From an uncultured bacterium (GTDB taxonomy: Bacteria; Hydrogenedentota; Hydrogenedentia; Hydrogenedentales; JAEUWI01), in assembly GCA_963977445.1 (NCBI GenBank), contig CAXBPH010000058.1, positions 1-30,393 of the forward strand: DNA of 30,393 bases, written 5' to 3'. Below the pieces are notes generated by a model, which did no database searches, was not told the origin of the DNA, and was given only the letters and a program-made list of their open reading frames with translations. Both the position numbers and the translations under genes were made by a program. Below, in pieces: positions 1 through 10,957 of this stretch (position 1 is the stretch's first letter; each line of letters opens with the position of its first letter).

Positions 1-51
1 TCTATCGAAGCTGGTCTGTTTTATGATCACACCGCCCTGGAAGAATCGCCT

Positions 52-639
52 GTGGAGACAAATTGCGCGGTACGCGATGCAAGCGACGCAGCACTGGTAT
101 CACGGGCACAGTCTGGGGAGACTCAGGCTTTCGAAGAGCTTGTGAGGCGGTATCGGAATGATGTCTATGGCCTGAGTTACCACTTTCTTCGTAATCGCGA
201 GGAAGCGTGGGATGTCTCTCAGGAAGTATTTATAAAGGCCTATCGCTCGCTGAGCCGGTTTCGCGGTGACGCGGGCATAAAAACCTGGTTGCTCCGGATT
301 GCGGCCAACCATTGTAAAGACCATTTTAAGAAACGTCGTATTTCTACGGTGTCTATGGACGCCATGCCGACGCAAGATTACTTTCCCACCCACTCCGACC
401 CGGGCAAAGACCTGGCAAACGTGGAATTGGGAGCCGCCATTCAGACTGCGCTGGACAGTATTTCGCCGAAGCATCGGATTGCCTTCGTACTCCGGGAGCT
501 CGAAGGTATGTCCTACAAAGAAATGGCCAACGTTATGAACTGCAGTGAGGGTACGGTGATGAGTCGTTTGCACCACGCCCGTAAAAAACTGCAAACTAAG
601 TTAGCCTCCATGGGCTACGAAGAAGGTGGGTCACTATGA
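52..639 (+). CDS. ECF (group 4) RNA polymerase sigma-70 factor, RpoE/SigW-like
   Basis: Region 2 (AFEELVRRY...EAWDVSQEVFIKAY...KTWLLRIAANHCKD) and region 4 (LRELEGMSYKEMANVMNCSEGTVMSRLHHAR). GTG start. Overlaps the next gene (ATGA). Confidence 0.95.
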   Translation: METNCAVRDASDAALVSRAQSGETQAFEELVRRYRNDVYGLSYHFLRNREEAWDVSQEVFIKAYRSLSRFRGDAGIKTWLLRIAANHCKDHFKKRRISTVSMDAMPTQDYFPTHSDPGKDLANVELGAAIQTALDSISPKHRIAFVLRELEGMSYKEMANVMNCSEGTVMSRLHHARKKLQTKLASMGYEEGGSL

Positions 640-1082
640 GCATGTGTAAATGGACCAATGAAGTTGAGCGCTTTGCCGATGGTGAAGCCAGTGATACCCC
701 TACCGTTGAGGCCCACCTCGCGACATGCGCTGCGTGCAGCCAGCATCATGCGACATTGCTTCGGTTTCGGACCTCGCTGGCGGCCCTCCCTGCCGCTCCG
801 GTTCTTTCCGATGAGCAGTTTACTGCCTTCATGTCGGGTATTGAAACGGAGCTCTCGCAGAAGAGACGTCGGCCTGGTGGCTTTTGGGCCTTGATGAGCT
901 TGTCTGCTGCGGCCTTGTTAATTGCCCTGGCAACGTTCTCCGTATTCACCGGCCCGGGTCCCGTGCGGGCCAACGAAGTAGAGTCGGTTTCGACGCAAAT
1001 AGACGGCGCAACGGTCCACTGGGACAATTCTGATGATGGCGTAACCACGATTTGGATATCAATCGGTGAGGATGACGTGTAG
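636..1082 (+). CDS. Zinc-binding anti-sigma factor (ZAS, zf-HC2) with one TM helix and a short extracytoplasmic tail
   Basis: HxxxCxxC motif (HLATCAAC), hydrophobic segment FWALMSLSAAALLIALATFSVF, translationally coupled to the sigma gene. Confidence 0.85.
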   Translation: MSMCKWTNEVERFADGEASDTPTVEAHLATCAACSQHHATLLRFRTSLAALPAAPVLSDEQFTAFMSGIETELSQKRRRPGGFWALMSLSAAALLIALATFSVFTGPGPVRANEVESVSTQIDGATVHWDNSDDGVTTIWISIGEDDV

Positions 1083-1084
1083 TA

Positions 1085-1579
1085 ATGCTACGAATTCTAT
1101 CCGTCACGTTGCTAATGCTGGGAGTGCTCTTTAGCCTGGAATGCCACGGGGAGCCCCAGTCTGATCTGAAGATGTGGGCTGTCGAAGCCAGTACAGAAGG
1201 CAAGGAACGACCTACCTTCGACAAAGGGCTGGAATCCATCACGGCAGTGCTCGCCCCCCTCCCCCATAACGTCTACCGAAAAGTCAGCACAGGAACCCAT
1301 CGGCTCTCCACAACGGGCAATACACGCATTAACATTAACAAGACCTACACCCTCGAGACTGCCTCCCCGGTACGCTCGGATGATGGTCGCTATCGTATTC
1401 AGCTTAGAATTCTCATGCCTTCTACCGAAACACCGGAAAAAGAAATTAAGGCGCTGGATATCGAAGTATTGCTCAAGCCGGACAAGCAATTTCTGGTGCG
1501 TGGACTGAAGTTGGAAAAAGGAAAAGAGCTCGTACTGGTACTGTCGCTATCCGTCATGGAAAACAATACGAGCGAATAG
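1085..1579 (+). CDS. Exported hypothetical protein, third gene of the ECF operon
   Basis: Signal peptide-like N-terminus (MLRILSVTLLMLGVLFSLECHG); starts 2 nt after the anti-sigma stop; beta-rich mature part. Confidence 0.75.
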   Translation: MLRILSVTLLMLGVLFSLECHGEPQSDLKMWAVEASTEGKERPTFDKGLESITAVLAPLPHNVYRKVSTGTHRLSTTGNTRININKTYTLETASPVRSDDGRYRIQLRILMPSTETPEKEIKALDIEVLLKPDKQFLVRGLKLEKGKELVLVLSLSVMENNTSE

Positions 1580-1599
1580 GCGGATGCCTACCCGGCCGC

Positions 1600-2502
1600 T
1601 CAAGCCAGTGGGATGGTAACCTGCCGGTCTTGCGGGTCGCCAGCCGTCCAATCCATTCCTGCTATCAGGGAACGACGGGCAAACTCCTTATTGCTCAATG
1701 CACACGTGCGAACTTCCATCCGATCGTCGAATACCTGGATATCCCGATATTCCGTGGGAAACTCGGGCAGGGCCCCGGTGACGACTTGGGTGATTGAGCC
1801 GATTTGCTCCACAAAGTTAATGTGGACGTGCCCCGAAAATATGGCCTTTACCTGAGGATGACTTCGCAGGCAGTCCAGTAAGAGGTCACCGTTCTCCAGG
1901 CAGCCCCCGTTATTGAATTCGGGCTTATGGAGACGCAGCGGGATGGGTACGGCTGGGTAATGAACGGCAATGACGGTTGCCGTGGACGAATTCTCCCGCA
2001 GGTCTTTGTCGAGCCAGGTCAGGATATGGGGCGGAATGGCCCATCGGGCACCTTCGAGAGACGTATCGAGATCCCGTAACACGTTCGCTTCGCTTATTTC
2101 ACTCAATCCCCCGTCTGACCACATCCACCAGGCATCAAGCACGCAAAAGTGAAGATTTTTGTGGGTGAAGGAATAGTAGGTCTGGGGCCTGGGCAAGCGG
2201 TCACGAAAGGCTTCGATGAACCAGTTTCGAGACTCGGGCAAAACGAAGTCATGATTCCCGCCCATCGGATAGTAAGGAACACCCAGACGCTCAACTTCGT
2301 CCCGGGCTTCCATCATGGCTTCCCGTGTCTGGGAGCTGACTACATCACCCGTAAGCAGGATAAATTCAGGATCGAGCTCTTTCAGATCACGCCCGAGACA
2401 GTCCATCACTTCGGGCATCATGGTACAGAGAAACCGATTGTTCCATATGCCATCCCGCTGACTTGCCAAGTGTGTATCAGACACATGCACAAAGCGCCAC
2501 AT
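1600..2502 (-). CDS. Calcineurin-like metallophosphoesterase (CpdA/Icc-like)
   Basis: All five metal-binding motifs present: SDTH, TGD, GNHD, VHYP, GHVH. The likely start is ATG at 2502, behind GGAG. Confidence 0.9.
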   Translation of the reverse strand: MWRFVHVSDTHLASQRDGIWNNRFLCTMMPEVMDCLGRDLKELDPEFILLTGDVVSSQTREAMMEARDEVERLGVPYYPMGGNHDFVLPESRNWFIEAFRDRLPRPQTYYSFTHKNLHFCVLDAWWMWSDGGLSEISEANVLRDLDTSLEGARWAIPPHILTWLDKDLRENSSTATVIAVHYPAVPIPLRLHKPEFNNGGCLENGDLLLDCLRSHPQVKAIFSGHVHINFVEQIGSITQVVTGALPEFPTEYRDIQVFDDRMEVRTCALSNKEFARRSLIAGMDWTAGDPQDRQVTIPLA

Positions 2503-2594
2503 ACTCACTCCCAAAGGTTATGAGGCCGACCAGGTCATACCCACAAGTCAGTATACCGAAAGAACAGGGAAAGACCAAACTCCCACCATGGCAC

Positions 2595-3446
2595 TTACGC
2601 AGTCGATTTCGGGAAGGCCGGGTCCGAGTTTTTGTCTCGGGTCACGTACATGAATGCCCACATGGCGATACCCGAAAAGAACATGCCTACACAAAAAATC
2701 TGTTGGGTGGACAGGTCGAAGCCCAACCAGTTGTGGGTGGGATTGCCATCGCCCCGATAGATCTCAACGATAAATCGGCAAATCCCATAAAGGATAAAAT
2801 ACATGGGGAATGAGACGCCTTCAAAGGGACGTCGGCCCCGGATCAGCAACATGATGCCGCACATACTGAGCAGGAGAACAATACTGTAAAGCTGGGTCGG
2901 ATGGACGGGATAGGACCACGTGGCATCCGCTGGAAAGGCCGAATACCGCTCCTGATGAAGCTGATACGCGGGACTCCCAACGGGAAAACGCACGGCCCAG
3001 AGCAAATCGTCGGCCCGTCCACCATGGCAACAGCCCTTCAGGAAGCACCCAACCCGACCGAAGGCCTGGGCAACGGGAACATAGGGCATGACCACGTCCG
3101 TCACGGTCCGAAAGGACATCTTTCGACGCTTGAGAGACCAATAGACATAGAGGACCACCGCAGGAATGGCTCCCTGAAAGACCAGCCCGCCCCTTCGAAC
3201 GTCAATCCAGCCAATGGGATCGGTCCAGCTATAGTATTGCGAATACATAATGATATGGGTCAGGCGGCAAGCCGCCACACCAATGACCAGACTCCAGAAT
3301 GCCATATCGCCAATGGCTTGGGGCTCAATATTAACGCGCCGGGCATCGCGCTGCATAAAATAGAGAATTGTAATAAAGCCCAGAGCAATCATTAGACCAT
3401 AGGAATGGAGGGTCAGGGGGCCAAGCTCAAGAATGGTGGGATACAT
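2595..3446 (-). CDS. lgt: Prolipoprotein diacylglyceryl transferase
   Basis: MYP..LGPLTLHSYGLM, GGLVFQG, QAFGRVGCFLKGCCHG, HPTQLY, RFIVEIYR; multiple TM segments. Confidence 0.93.
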   Translation of the reverse strand: MYPTILELGPLTLHSYGLMIALGFITILYFMQRDARRVNIEPQAIGDMAFWSLVIGVAACRLTHIIMYSQYYSWTDPIGWIDVRRGGLVFQGAIPAVVLYVYWSLKRRKMSFRTVTDVVMPYVPVAQAFGRVGCFLKGCCHGGRADDLLWAVRFPVGSPAYQLHQERYSAFPADATWSYPVHPTQLYSIVLLLSMCGIMLLIRGRRPFEGVSFPMYFILYGICRFIVEIYRGDGNPTHNWLGFDLSTQQIFCVGMFFSGIAMWAFMYVTRDKNSDPAFPKSTA

Positions 3447-3521
3447 GGTGGAATAATGCCTTCAGGGTCTTATCCGAATCAACATTGCTGATTACCTGAT
3501 TACGACAGTCGCACGAGTCGG

Positions 3522-3572
3522 AAAGAAAAAATGCGCTTTCTGCCCCCCGGAAGGGTTCGAGGTAAGCGCATT
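3522..3572 (-). terminator. Possible intrinsic terminator after the DksA-like gene
   Basis: 9-bp inverted repeat AATGCGCTT (3530-3538) / AAGCGCATT (3564-3572), followed on the minus strand by a T-rich tract. The loop is long. Confidence 0.4.
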
Positions 3573-3594
3573 GTAATTACTTGCTTCGAACGGA

Positions 3595-3963
3595 TTAATA
3601 CGCGTTCTGTTTCTCTACTTCTTGCTGGCATCCGATACAAAACTTAGCCGATGGGAAGACTTCCAGCCGTTTTCTGGGAATCTCTTTTTCGCATCCTTCA
3701 CAAACTCCAAAGGTGCCGGATTGGACGCGCCCCAACGCTTCGGTCACTTCGCTTAGCCAATTTGACTCGCCACTGGCAATATTCAGTGCCGTTTCGAGCT
3801 CAAAATTGTCGGTGCCTGATTCCGCATAACTTGACAGATCGCCGCTGTTATCGCGACCAGACTCATATCGCGAGGCATCTTCAATATTCTTAATGCTACC
3901 CGTGAGGCGTTCACGCTCTTCCAGGAGGAGCTTCTCAAACTTCTTCAAATCGCGTTTATTCAT
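3595..3963 (-). CDS. DksA/TraR family C4 zinc-finger protein
   Basis: Coiled coil, then GTFGVCEGCEKEIPRKRLEVFPSAKFCIGC. The likely start is ATG at 3963 (MNKRDLKK), behind CAGGAG. Confidence 0.9.
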   Translation of the reverse strand: MNKRDLKKFEKLLLEERERLTGSIKNIEDASRYESGRDNSGDLSSYAESGTDNFELETALNIASGESNWLSEVTEALGRVQSGTFGVCEGCEKEIPRKRLEVFPSAKFCIGCQQEVEKQNAY

Positions 3964-4158
3964 ACTACTCACATCTCCTGCGGACTCGGTCTTGGCCGAT
4001 TCGCCCCTGCTATCGCACCCCGGCGCCGGAATTGTACCAGCAATGGCGGAAAACTGCACCGACTGCCCCATTTGGAGAAAAGTTCACTCCAAACATGCGC
4101 ATAGTTTCGTGAGAACATGAAGTACACGATGGAACAGTCTAAAATTTTAAGCTGAGAA

Positions 4159-4187
4159 ACACTATCATACACTTCGAAAAATGTCAA
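4159..4187 (-). promoter_or_regulatory. Putative sigma-70 promoter for the DksA-like gene
   Basis: Minus strand TTGACA, 17-nt spacer ending TGa, then TAGTGT. A second extended -10 (TGgTACAAT) lies at about 4031-4039. Confidence 0.45.
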
Positions 4188-4197
4188 GGATGACTAT

Positions 4198-6609
4198 TTA
4201 ACGACTACCGAATTTTTCTTTCAATGCGGCCAACTGATCTGCCAGTAGTGTATTCATGTTCTCCTTCGGGGCGCTTCCCTTTGGACGTTCCTGCTTCTTC
4301 GACCGTTCTTTATCCCCCCCGCTCCGCGAAGGCTTTGCCTTACGGCGACTGTTGGGACGGCCCTCTCCGGTGGTAGCGCGCGTAGGCTGAGCGCCACCTG
4401 TTTTCGGACGCTCTCCGGTTTTGGCGGCAGTACGTTCTCGTGGCTTGGCGGGCTCCTGCAGTGATTTGATCGACAACGATACCCGTCGAAGTTCCGGGTC
4501 GATCTTAATGACCTTCACCTGAACAATTTGGCCAACCTTCACCACTTCATGGGGATCTTTGATAAAGCGGTTTGCCAGTTCGGAAAGATGCACCAGACCA
4601 TCCTGATGGACACCAATGTCGACAAATGCGCCGAAGTCGGTCACATTGGTAACCACCCCTTCACTGACCATGCCGACTTCAAGGTCCTTAACGTCATCAA
4701 CGCCACTCAGGAAATGGGGTACCTTGAATTCACTTCGGGGGTCCCGACCAGGACGGAGGAGTTCGTGTTTGATATCCGTCAGTGCCAAGGTTCCCACCGT
4801 GTCGTCGGCAAAATCATCGATTTTAATCTTCTCGACCAGTTCCCGATTCCGAATCAATGCGGAAGGCACAACCGACAGCTTCTCGGCCATGGTATTCACT
4901 ACCCCGTAGGCTTCGGGGTGGATGGCCGTCTGATCAAGCGGGTCCGCACCATTGGCGATTCTCAGGAACCCAGCGCATTGCTCGAAGGTCTTCTCCCCCA
5001 CACCGGAAACCTGTGCGAGCTGGGTCCGTGTCGCAAAGGGGCCATTCTCAATACGGTGTTTCACAATATTTTGAGCCGTATTTTGCTGGATACCACTGAC
5101 ATACCGCAGCAATTCCACCGACGCGGTATTCAGATCCACGCCAACGCGGTTTACGCAGGACTCGATAGTCTTTCCAAGTCCCTCACGCAGCTGCTTCTGG
5201 TTTACATCGTGCTGGTATTGGCCAACACCCACATGTCGCGGTTCGAGTTTCACGAGTTCCGCCAGCGGATCCTGTAGGCGGCGCGCTATAGAGATGGCAC
5301 CGCGAATGGTCAAATCCAAGTCTGGAAATTCCGTGCGCGCCACTTCAGAGGCTGAATAAATGGAAGCGCCTGCTTCGTTGACTTGTACCGTCGTTATGGA
5401 TTCTAAATTGTTCTCTTTCAAAACGCCACGAATAAACAGGTCAATCTCTTTGGACCCCGTGCCGTTTCCAATGGCAATCAATTCAATCTTACAACGCTTG
5501 ATGATATCCACCAGGGTCTTGGCCGCCCCAACCGTGTCCTTCTTGGGCTCGGTCGGATAGATGGTGGCACTCTCGTGGTATGTGCCCTGGGCATCGATAA
5601 CGGCCAGCTTCGACCCGGTGCGCAGCCCGGGATCAACCCCCAATCCCGGCTTGTCCCCTGCCGGTGATGCCAGGAGAAGGTTTTCGGCGTTTTCCCGAAA
5701 CACCTGGGTTGCCGCATCGTCTGCCAGTTTACGGGCCGACTGAATCACATCGTTTTCGATGGTGGGCTGAATGAGCCGCTTGTAACTGTCATCGATCGCG
5801 AGTTGAAGCTGCGTATTAAACGGCCCATCCGGGTTCTTGATAAACCGTTGTGCCATTTCGTTTCGCATCCCGTCGTCGTCTACGGCGAGGTCCATGCGCA
5901 AAAATCCTTTGCGCACCCCCCGAAGTACCGCCAGCAGGCGGTGGGACGGCATGGACTTGATGGATTCTTTGAAATCGTAATAGGCCTCAAACTTGGTCTT
6001 CTGGCCTTCGGTATTCTTGGTGGCGAGGGTCGTCAGGACGCCTTCGTCCAGGAACACATTACGGGCATGCTGACGCAAATCAGCATCCTGCGCGATGCGC
6101 TCGGCCAGAATATTCCGTGCACCTTGCAGGGCTACATCAGCGTCAAGAACACCTTTTTCCGTATCGATATACGGAGCCACCAGTTCTTCCAGCGTTTTTT
6201 CCGATAGATCCTGTGTCCAGATCGTGTCGGCCAAGGGCTCTAGACCTTGCTCCCGTGCGACCGTGGCTTTTGTTTTTCGGGCTTTCTTAAAGGGAAGGTA
6301 AAGATCTTCCAGAATAACCACATCACTACACGCTTCGATCTGCTTCTTCAGCTCAGGCGTCAGCTTGCCTTGTTTTTCCACATTTTCCAGAATAGCATTC
6401 CGGCGATTTGTAAAGGCGATGAACTGGGTATTGAGGGCCTCAATACTTTCCAGTTTGACTTCATCCAGATTACCGGTCGCATCTTTTCGATAACGAGCAA
6501 CAAAAGGAATGGTGGAACCCCTATCAAACAGCTCAATCGCCACCTTAATCTGGGCGGGCTTCGCGCCCACTAACGCACTGATCTGGTCTACAAACCGATC
6601 TTCAATCAT
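4198..6609 (-). CDS. tex: Tex/YhgF RNA-binding transcriptional accessory protein
   Basis: TIPFVARYRKDATG, GVDPGLRTGSKLAV, AIGNGTGS, VNEAGASIYSAS, GVGQYQHDV, C-terminal S1 domain (GVVTNVTDFGAFVDIGVHQDGLVHLSEL). Confidence 0.96.
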   Translation of the reverse strand: MIEDRFVDQISALVGAKPAQIKVAIELFDRGSTIPFVARYRKDATGNLDEVKLESIEALNTQFIAFTNRRNAILENVEKQGKLTPELKKQIEACSDVVILEDLYLPFKKARKTKATVAREQGLEPLADTIWTQDLSEKTLEELVAPYIDTEKGVLDADVALQGARNILAERIAQDADLRQHARNVFLDEGVLTTLATKNTEGQKTKFEAYYDFKESIKSMPSHRLLAVLRGVRKGFLRMDLAVDDDGMRNEMAQRFIKNPDGPFNTQLQLAIDDSYKRLIQPTIENDVIQSARKLADDAATQVFRENAENLLLASPAGDKPGLGVDPGLRTGSKLAVIDAQGTYHESATIYPTEPKKDTVGAAKTLVDIIKRCKIELIAIGNGTGSKEIDLFIRGVLKENNLESITTVQVNEAGASIYSASEVARTEFPDLDLTIRGAISIARRLQDPLAELVKLEPRHVGVGQYQHDVNQKQLREGLGKTIESCVNRVGVDLNTASVELLRYVSGIQQNTAQNIVKHRIENGPFATRTQLAQVSGVGEKTFEQCAGFLRIANGADPLDQTAIHPEAYGVVNTMAEKLSVVPSALIRNRELVEKIKIDDFADDTVGTLALTDIKHELLRPGRDPRSEFKVPHFLSGVDDVKDLEVGMVSEGVVTNVTDFGAFVDIGVHQDGLVHLSELANRFIKDPHEVVKVGQIVQVKVIKIDPELRRVSLSIKSLQEPAKPRERTAAKTGERPKTGGAQPTRATTGEGRPNSRRKAKPSRSGGDKERSKKQERPKGSAPKENMNTLLADQLAALKEKFGSR

Positions 6610-6966
6610 GTTTAACTCCGAATAAAAATTGCACTGGGATCATACTGAGGACAAACTGCAGCGGGCAACGCAACCGGAATTGTTTTCCCAACTGTCCCGC
6701 TCGATCCATAACTCGGCCCTGATCCTAACCCATCTTTGATTGTCACTGCCACTCTAAGAGCCGATAAAAGGAAGAAACTGTACTCAACCCCCGATTCCGG
6801 CCGTGGAATCCCTGGTGGCAGCGGTGCAGGGACCCTTGGCTTACATTTAAAGCGCACCCCACGCCCCGGTATACTTATCGGAGAGGCTGAATCACGCTAA
6901 TGGACTGGTTCAACCCCAATCTGGTTTTATTTTATACCTCTTGCAGAGAAAAGGCTACTTCACAAC

Positions 6967-9330
6967 GTGGTTGACAACAACATGAACAGTGGATTTCCGG
7001 TTCCAATGCCGGTGGACTTCCCCGATGCCCTCCCGCTCATCATTCTACGTGATCAAGTGGTGTTTCCCTTGGCGCTCATTCCCCTCACGGTTGATTCCGA
7101 TCAGGAATTTCGCCTGCTCAATGACGTTCACAACGGGGAGCGCTTACTCGTACTCAGTGCGGCCCGTGATCCAAAAACCGAGAACCATCACCTGGCCGAC
7201 ATCTATGATGTGGGATGTATTGCCCGGGTCGTACAGGTCCAACAGTCGCCCAACGGTGATCTGAACGCTATCGTACAGACCCTCAAGCGGTGTCGCATTA
7301 CCGGATTCATACGGCGGGAGCCCTACCCCGTGGTGCGGATTCTCCCCATGGAAGACATCATCAAGAACAAAGACAAGCTGGAAGCCCTGGCCGCCACGGT
7401 CAAGACCCAGATGGCCCAATTGATTACGCTGTCTCCCAATATCCCCGATGGGGTCCAGATCATAATCGAGTCTGTCGACAGCCCCAGTTATCTAGCCGAC
7501 ATGGTAGCGGGCAACCTCTCTATCTCCGTGGAAGAAAAACAGAAGATCCTTGCCCTACCCGAGCCCCAGGAGCGCATTACACGCCTCATGTATGTCTTGC
7601 AGCGCGAGCTGGAGATTATGGAGCTGTCCAGCAAGCTTCACGATAACGTGAAAAGCGCCTTCGACAAAGGCCAACGGGAATTCTTCCTGCGGCAACAAAT
7701 GAAGGCCATACAGGAAGAATTGGGCGAAGGTGACGCACAAGGGAGCGACGCGGAAGCCTACCGCAAGCGGGTGGAAGCCCTCGACTTGTCCGAAGAAGTG
7801 CGGAAAGAATTGATGCGTGAAGTCGACCGTCTCGGACGACTCCATGAGTCCAGCTCGGACTACCACGTTATTCTCACGTACCTTGACACCGTCCTGGAAC
7901 TGCCCTGGAACAAGACCACCCGTGATCGCCTGGACATCAAGCGAGCCGAAGCCATTCTGGATGAGGACCACTTTGGTCTGGAAAAAGTAAAAAATCGCAT
8001 TCTGGAATACCTTGCCGTGCGCAAGCTCAAACCCGATGCCCAGGGACCCATTTTATGCTTCATCGGCCCTCCTGGGGTGGGCAAGACCTCTCTCGGCAAG
8101 TCCATCGCACGGGCACTGGGCCGGGAATTCGGTCGCATGGCACTCGGCGGCGTCCGGGATGAAGCCGAAATTCGTGGCCATCGGCGCACCTATGTGGGCG
8201 CCATGCCGGGCCGCATCATCCAGATGGCCCGCAAAGTGCAAACCCGGAATCCCGTCATCATGCTGGATGAACTCGACAAACTGGGCAATGATTTTCGAGG
8301 TGACCCTTCCTCGGCCCTGCTGGAAGTGCTCGATCCCGCCCAAAACAACAGTTTCACCGATCATTACCTCAATCTCCCCTTCGATTTGTCAAAGTTCATG
8401 TTCATCGCTACAGCCAACGTGGGTGACACCATACCTTGGGCCCTGCGTGATCGCATGGAGATCATCGAAATACCGGGATATACCCAGGAAGAAAAGCTGG
8501 AGATTGCCCGGCGCTACCTCGTGCCGCGCCAATTAGAGGCCCACGGCATCACGGGAACCCAGCTGAAGTTCTCCATCGCGGCCTTGCGAAGCATTATCGC
8601 CAATTACACCCGGGAAGCCGGCGTGCGCAACCTGGAGCGGGAAATTGGCCATGTCTGCCGCGGTTGTGCCCGAAAATTCGCGGCACGTCGAAAAAAGCCC
8701 ATCCGCATCAATATCGACGACCTGCGTGAATATCTCGGCCCCGAGAAGGTCCACTACGACATGGTAGAGCGCACCCGCATGCCCGGCGTCGTCGTGGGCC
8801 TGGCCTGGACGGCCGTGGGTGGCGATATCTTGTTCATTGAGGCGGCTCGGATGCCCGGTAAGGGCGAACTTGTACTCACGGGACAATTGGGCGACGTGAT
8901 GAAAGAATCGGCCCAGACAGCCCTGAGCTACCTTCACGGCAATGCGGAGCGCTTTGGTATCGACCCCAAGCTCTTTGCCGAATCCAAGATCCACATCCAC
9001 GTTCCGGCCGGTGCCACCCCAAAAGATGGCCCCAGCGCGGGCGTTTCCATGATGACCGCCATCACCTCCCTCCTCCTCGGCAAACCCGTCAAACGGGCCC
9101 TGGCCATGACCGGCGAGATTACCCTGCGCGGTATGGTGCTGCCCGTCGGCGGCATCAAAGAGAAGGTCCTCGCTGCGTCCCGCGCCAAGGTGAAGGAGAT
9201 TATCCTCCCCGAGCAATGCCGCAGTATGTTGGAGGAAGATGTCCCCGAGACGATTCAAAAGAAACTGAAGATTCATTTCGTTTCGGAGATGCACGAAGTG
9301 CTAGAGATTGCGCTGGGGGTAGTGGAGTAG
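6967..9330 (+). CDS. lon: ATP-dependent Lon protease
   Basis: Lon N-domain, Walker A GPPGVGKT, Walker B MLDELDK, catalytic PKDGPSAG and GGIKEK. The start may be ATG 6982. Confidence 0.97.
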   Translation: MVDNNMNSGFPVPMPVDFPDALPLIILRDQVVFPLALIPLTVDSDQEFRLLNDVHNGERLLVLSAARDPKTENHHLADIYDVGCIARVVQVQQSPNGDLNAIVQTLKRCRITGFIRREPYPVVRILPMEDIIKNKDKLEALAATVKTQMAQLITLSPNIPDGVQIIIESVDSPSYLADMVAGNLSISVEEKQKILALPEPQERITRLMYVLQRELEIMELSSKLHDNVKSAFDKGQREFFLRQQMKAIQEELGEGDAQGSDAEAYRKRVEALDLSEEVRKELMREVDRLGRLHESSSDYHVILTYLDTVLELPWNKTTRDRLDIKRAEAILDEDHFGLEKVKNRILEYLAVRKLKPDAQGPILCFIGPPGVGKTSLGKSIARALGREFGRMALGGVRDEAEIRGHRRTYVGAMPGRIIQMARKVQTRNPVIMLDELDKLGNDFRGDPSSALLEVLDPAQNNSFTDHYLNLPFDLSKFMFIATANVGDTIPWALRDRMEIIEIPGYTQEEKLEIARRYLVPRQLEAHGITGTQLKFSIAALRSIIANYTREAGVRNLEREIGHVCRGCARKFAARRKKPIRINIDDLREYLGPEKVHYDMVERTRMPGVVVGLAWTAVGGDILFIEAARMPGKGELVLTGQLGDVMKESAQTALSYLHGNAERFGIDPKLFAESKIHIHVPAGATPKDGPSAGVSMMTAITSLLLGKPVKRALAMTGEITLRGMVLPVGGIKEKVLAASRAKVKEIILPEQCRSMLEEDVPETIQKKLKIHFVSEMHEVLEIALGVVE

Positions 9331-9488
9331 GCCGCTTTAGTGGGCTACGCACCCAAAAGTTCAACAACTTGACAGCATGTCGGGTATATTCTGGCATAGG
9401 ATACTATTCGTGTATTAATGACCAACATTATTTGGCCTTTAATTTTTCTCGACGTCATGCTGCAACATTCAAACATTAGAGGCCAATC

Positions 9489-10598
9489 ATGCAACCACAA
9501 CGATACCTGCCCTTCATTTTCCTTGCCTTCGCCCTTTTGTCTGGAGCATTCGACGCTCATGGCCAAGAGCAGGCCCCTCTCTGGCTCCATCCAAAAGTAG
9601 AAAAAATGCCGACATTTCATTTCGGCCCGTTCGTGCGCGGGGGCAATGGTCAGCTCATTACTATCGATAAGGATGGGGTTTATACAAGCGCCGACGAGGG
9701 CAAGACCTGGGAAAATTGGCCGCTGGCAGTGGATATCCCCTTTGTGGTGTCCCATGAACGTGCGCTCACGTATACCCGAGAGGGCGTACTTATCCTCGCG
9801 TGTATGAACAACGCGGAATCGGTGTGGAAATGGAACGAAGTAACCCACGATGCCGATCCAGGGACGACCCTGCCCACCTACGCCGTTCGGAGTTTAGATG
9901 AAGGAAAAACCTGGGAATCTCCGATAAAGCAGCACGATGAATGGAGCGGTGCCGTGCGCAATATGATTCAGGCCGACGATGGCCGAGTAATTTTTACGGC
10001 CATGCGCCTTCTCAACAAGCCTGGTCGTCATGCGGTGTTGACCTATTCCTCTACTGATCAGGGCGCGAGTTGGAAGGCTAGCAATATAATCGATCTGGGG
10101 GGAACAGGTCACCATGGTGGTGCTACGGAAGCTACCGTCATTGCACTGAAAGACCAACGTCTGTGGAAGCTCATACGCACCAATCTGGGTGTTTTCTGGC
10201 AGGCTTGGTCAGATGACGGTATCTACTGGCGTCGCATGGCACCCACGAACATCCCAGCGAGTAGTTCTCCTGCCCAGCTTTTGCGCCTGGCCAGTGGGCG
10301 CATGCTATTGGTGTGGAACAAACCGTACCCTGAAGGCGAGAAAACCTTTCCCCTTACCGGTGGTGATATGGAATGGTCGGAGACTGCGGTCAGCAATTTT
10401 CGGAGCGAGCTTTCCATCGCCCTTTCAGAAGACGATGGAGTCAGCTGGACAAAATCGGTCGTTATCGCGCGCCAGAAAGACGAGTGGCTGTGCTATCCCT
10501 ACCTCTTTGAGCGTGTACCGGGTGAAGTCTGGCTGAGCACGATGGAAGGTGATGTGCGCATCGTGCTCCAGGAATCTGATTTCGTAGAGCCGAAGTAA
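9489..10598 (+). CDS. Secreted BNR/Asp-box beta-propeller protein, sialidase (GH33)-like
   Basis: Signal peptide; Asp-boxes SADEGKTW, SLDEGKTW, STDQGASW, SEDDGVSW; C-terminal YP motif. Confidence 0.85.
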   Translation: MQPQRYLPFIFLAFALLSGAFDAHGQEQAPLWLHPKVEKMPTFHFGPFVRGGNGQLITIDKDGVYTSADEGKTWENWPLAVDIPFVVSHERALTYTREGVLILACMNNAESVWKWNEVTHDADPGTTLPTYAVRSLDEGKTWESPIKQHDEWSGAVRNMIQADDGRVIFTAMRLLNKPGRHAVLTYSSTDQGASWKASNIIDLGGTGHHGGATEATVIALKDQRLWKLIRTNLGVFWQAWSDDGIYWRRMAPTNIPASSSPAQLLRLASGRMLLVWNKPYPEGEKTFPLTGGDMEWSETAVSNFRSELSIALSEDDGVSWTKSVVIARQKDEWLCYPYLFERVPGEVWLSTMEGDVRIVLQESDFVEPK

Positions 10599-10922
10599 TG
10601 CAAAGCAGGAAGGCCCTGTGAAATCGGAACATAGGGCGGGTACCTATACGAAAAATCTACTTTGGTGAAAAGGGCGTTTGCAGGACCGACGTGGTGGCGA
10701 AACATGCAATTCACTGATCGTGGGCTCACAATCGCACTTCGTGAACCGCCAGATTTTCTATCGGGGATTTCACGCGACTACTTCATACGCTCTTCGAGAT
10801 TTTTCTTGGTTTTCTTGCCTCGTTGCTCCGGCTACTTGGTTGTAAACAGGTAAAAGTCACTATGGGTACAGCGTGAATACGTTCTAGGTAAATTCTCCGA
10901 GTAGGACGCTGCAGGGCCAGTC

Positions 10923-10931
10923 TGGTATACT
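10923..10931 (+). promoter_or_regulatory. Putative extended -10 element for the calpain-like gene
   Basis: TGgTATACT about 27 nt upstream of ATG 10958. Confidence 0.35.
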
Positions 10932-10957
10932 GGCCTGAACCGTTGAAAGTGAGCCCC

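Noticed and set aside
9369..9405. TTGACA upstream of the sialidase-like gene as a sigma-70 promoter
   Set aside because: No acceptable -10 hexamer at 16-18 nt spacing.
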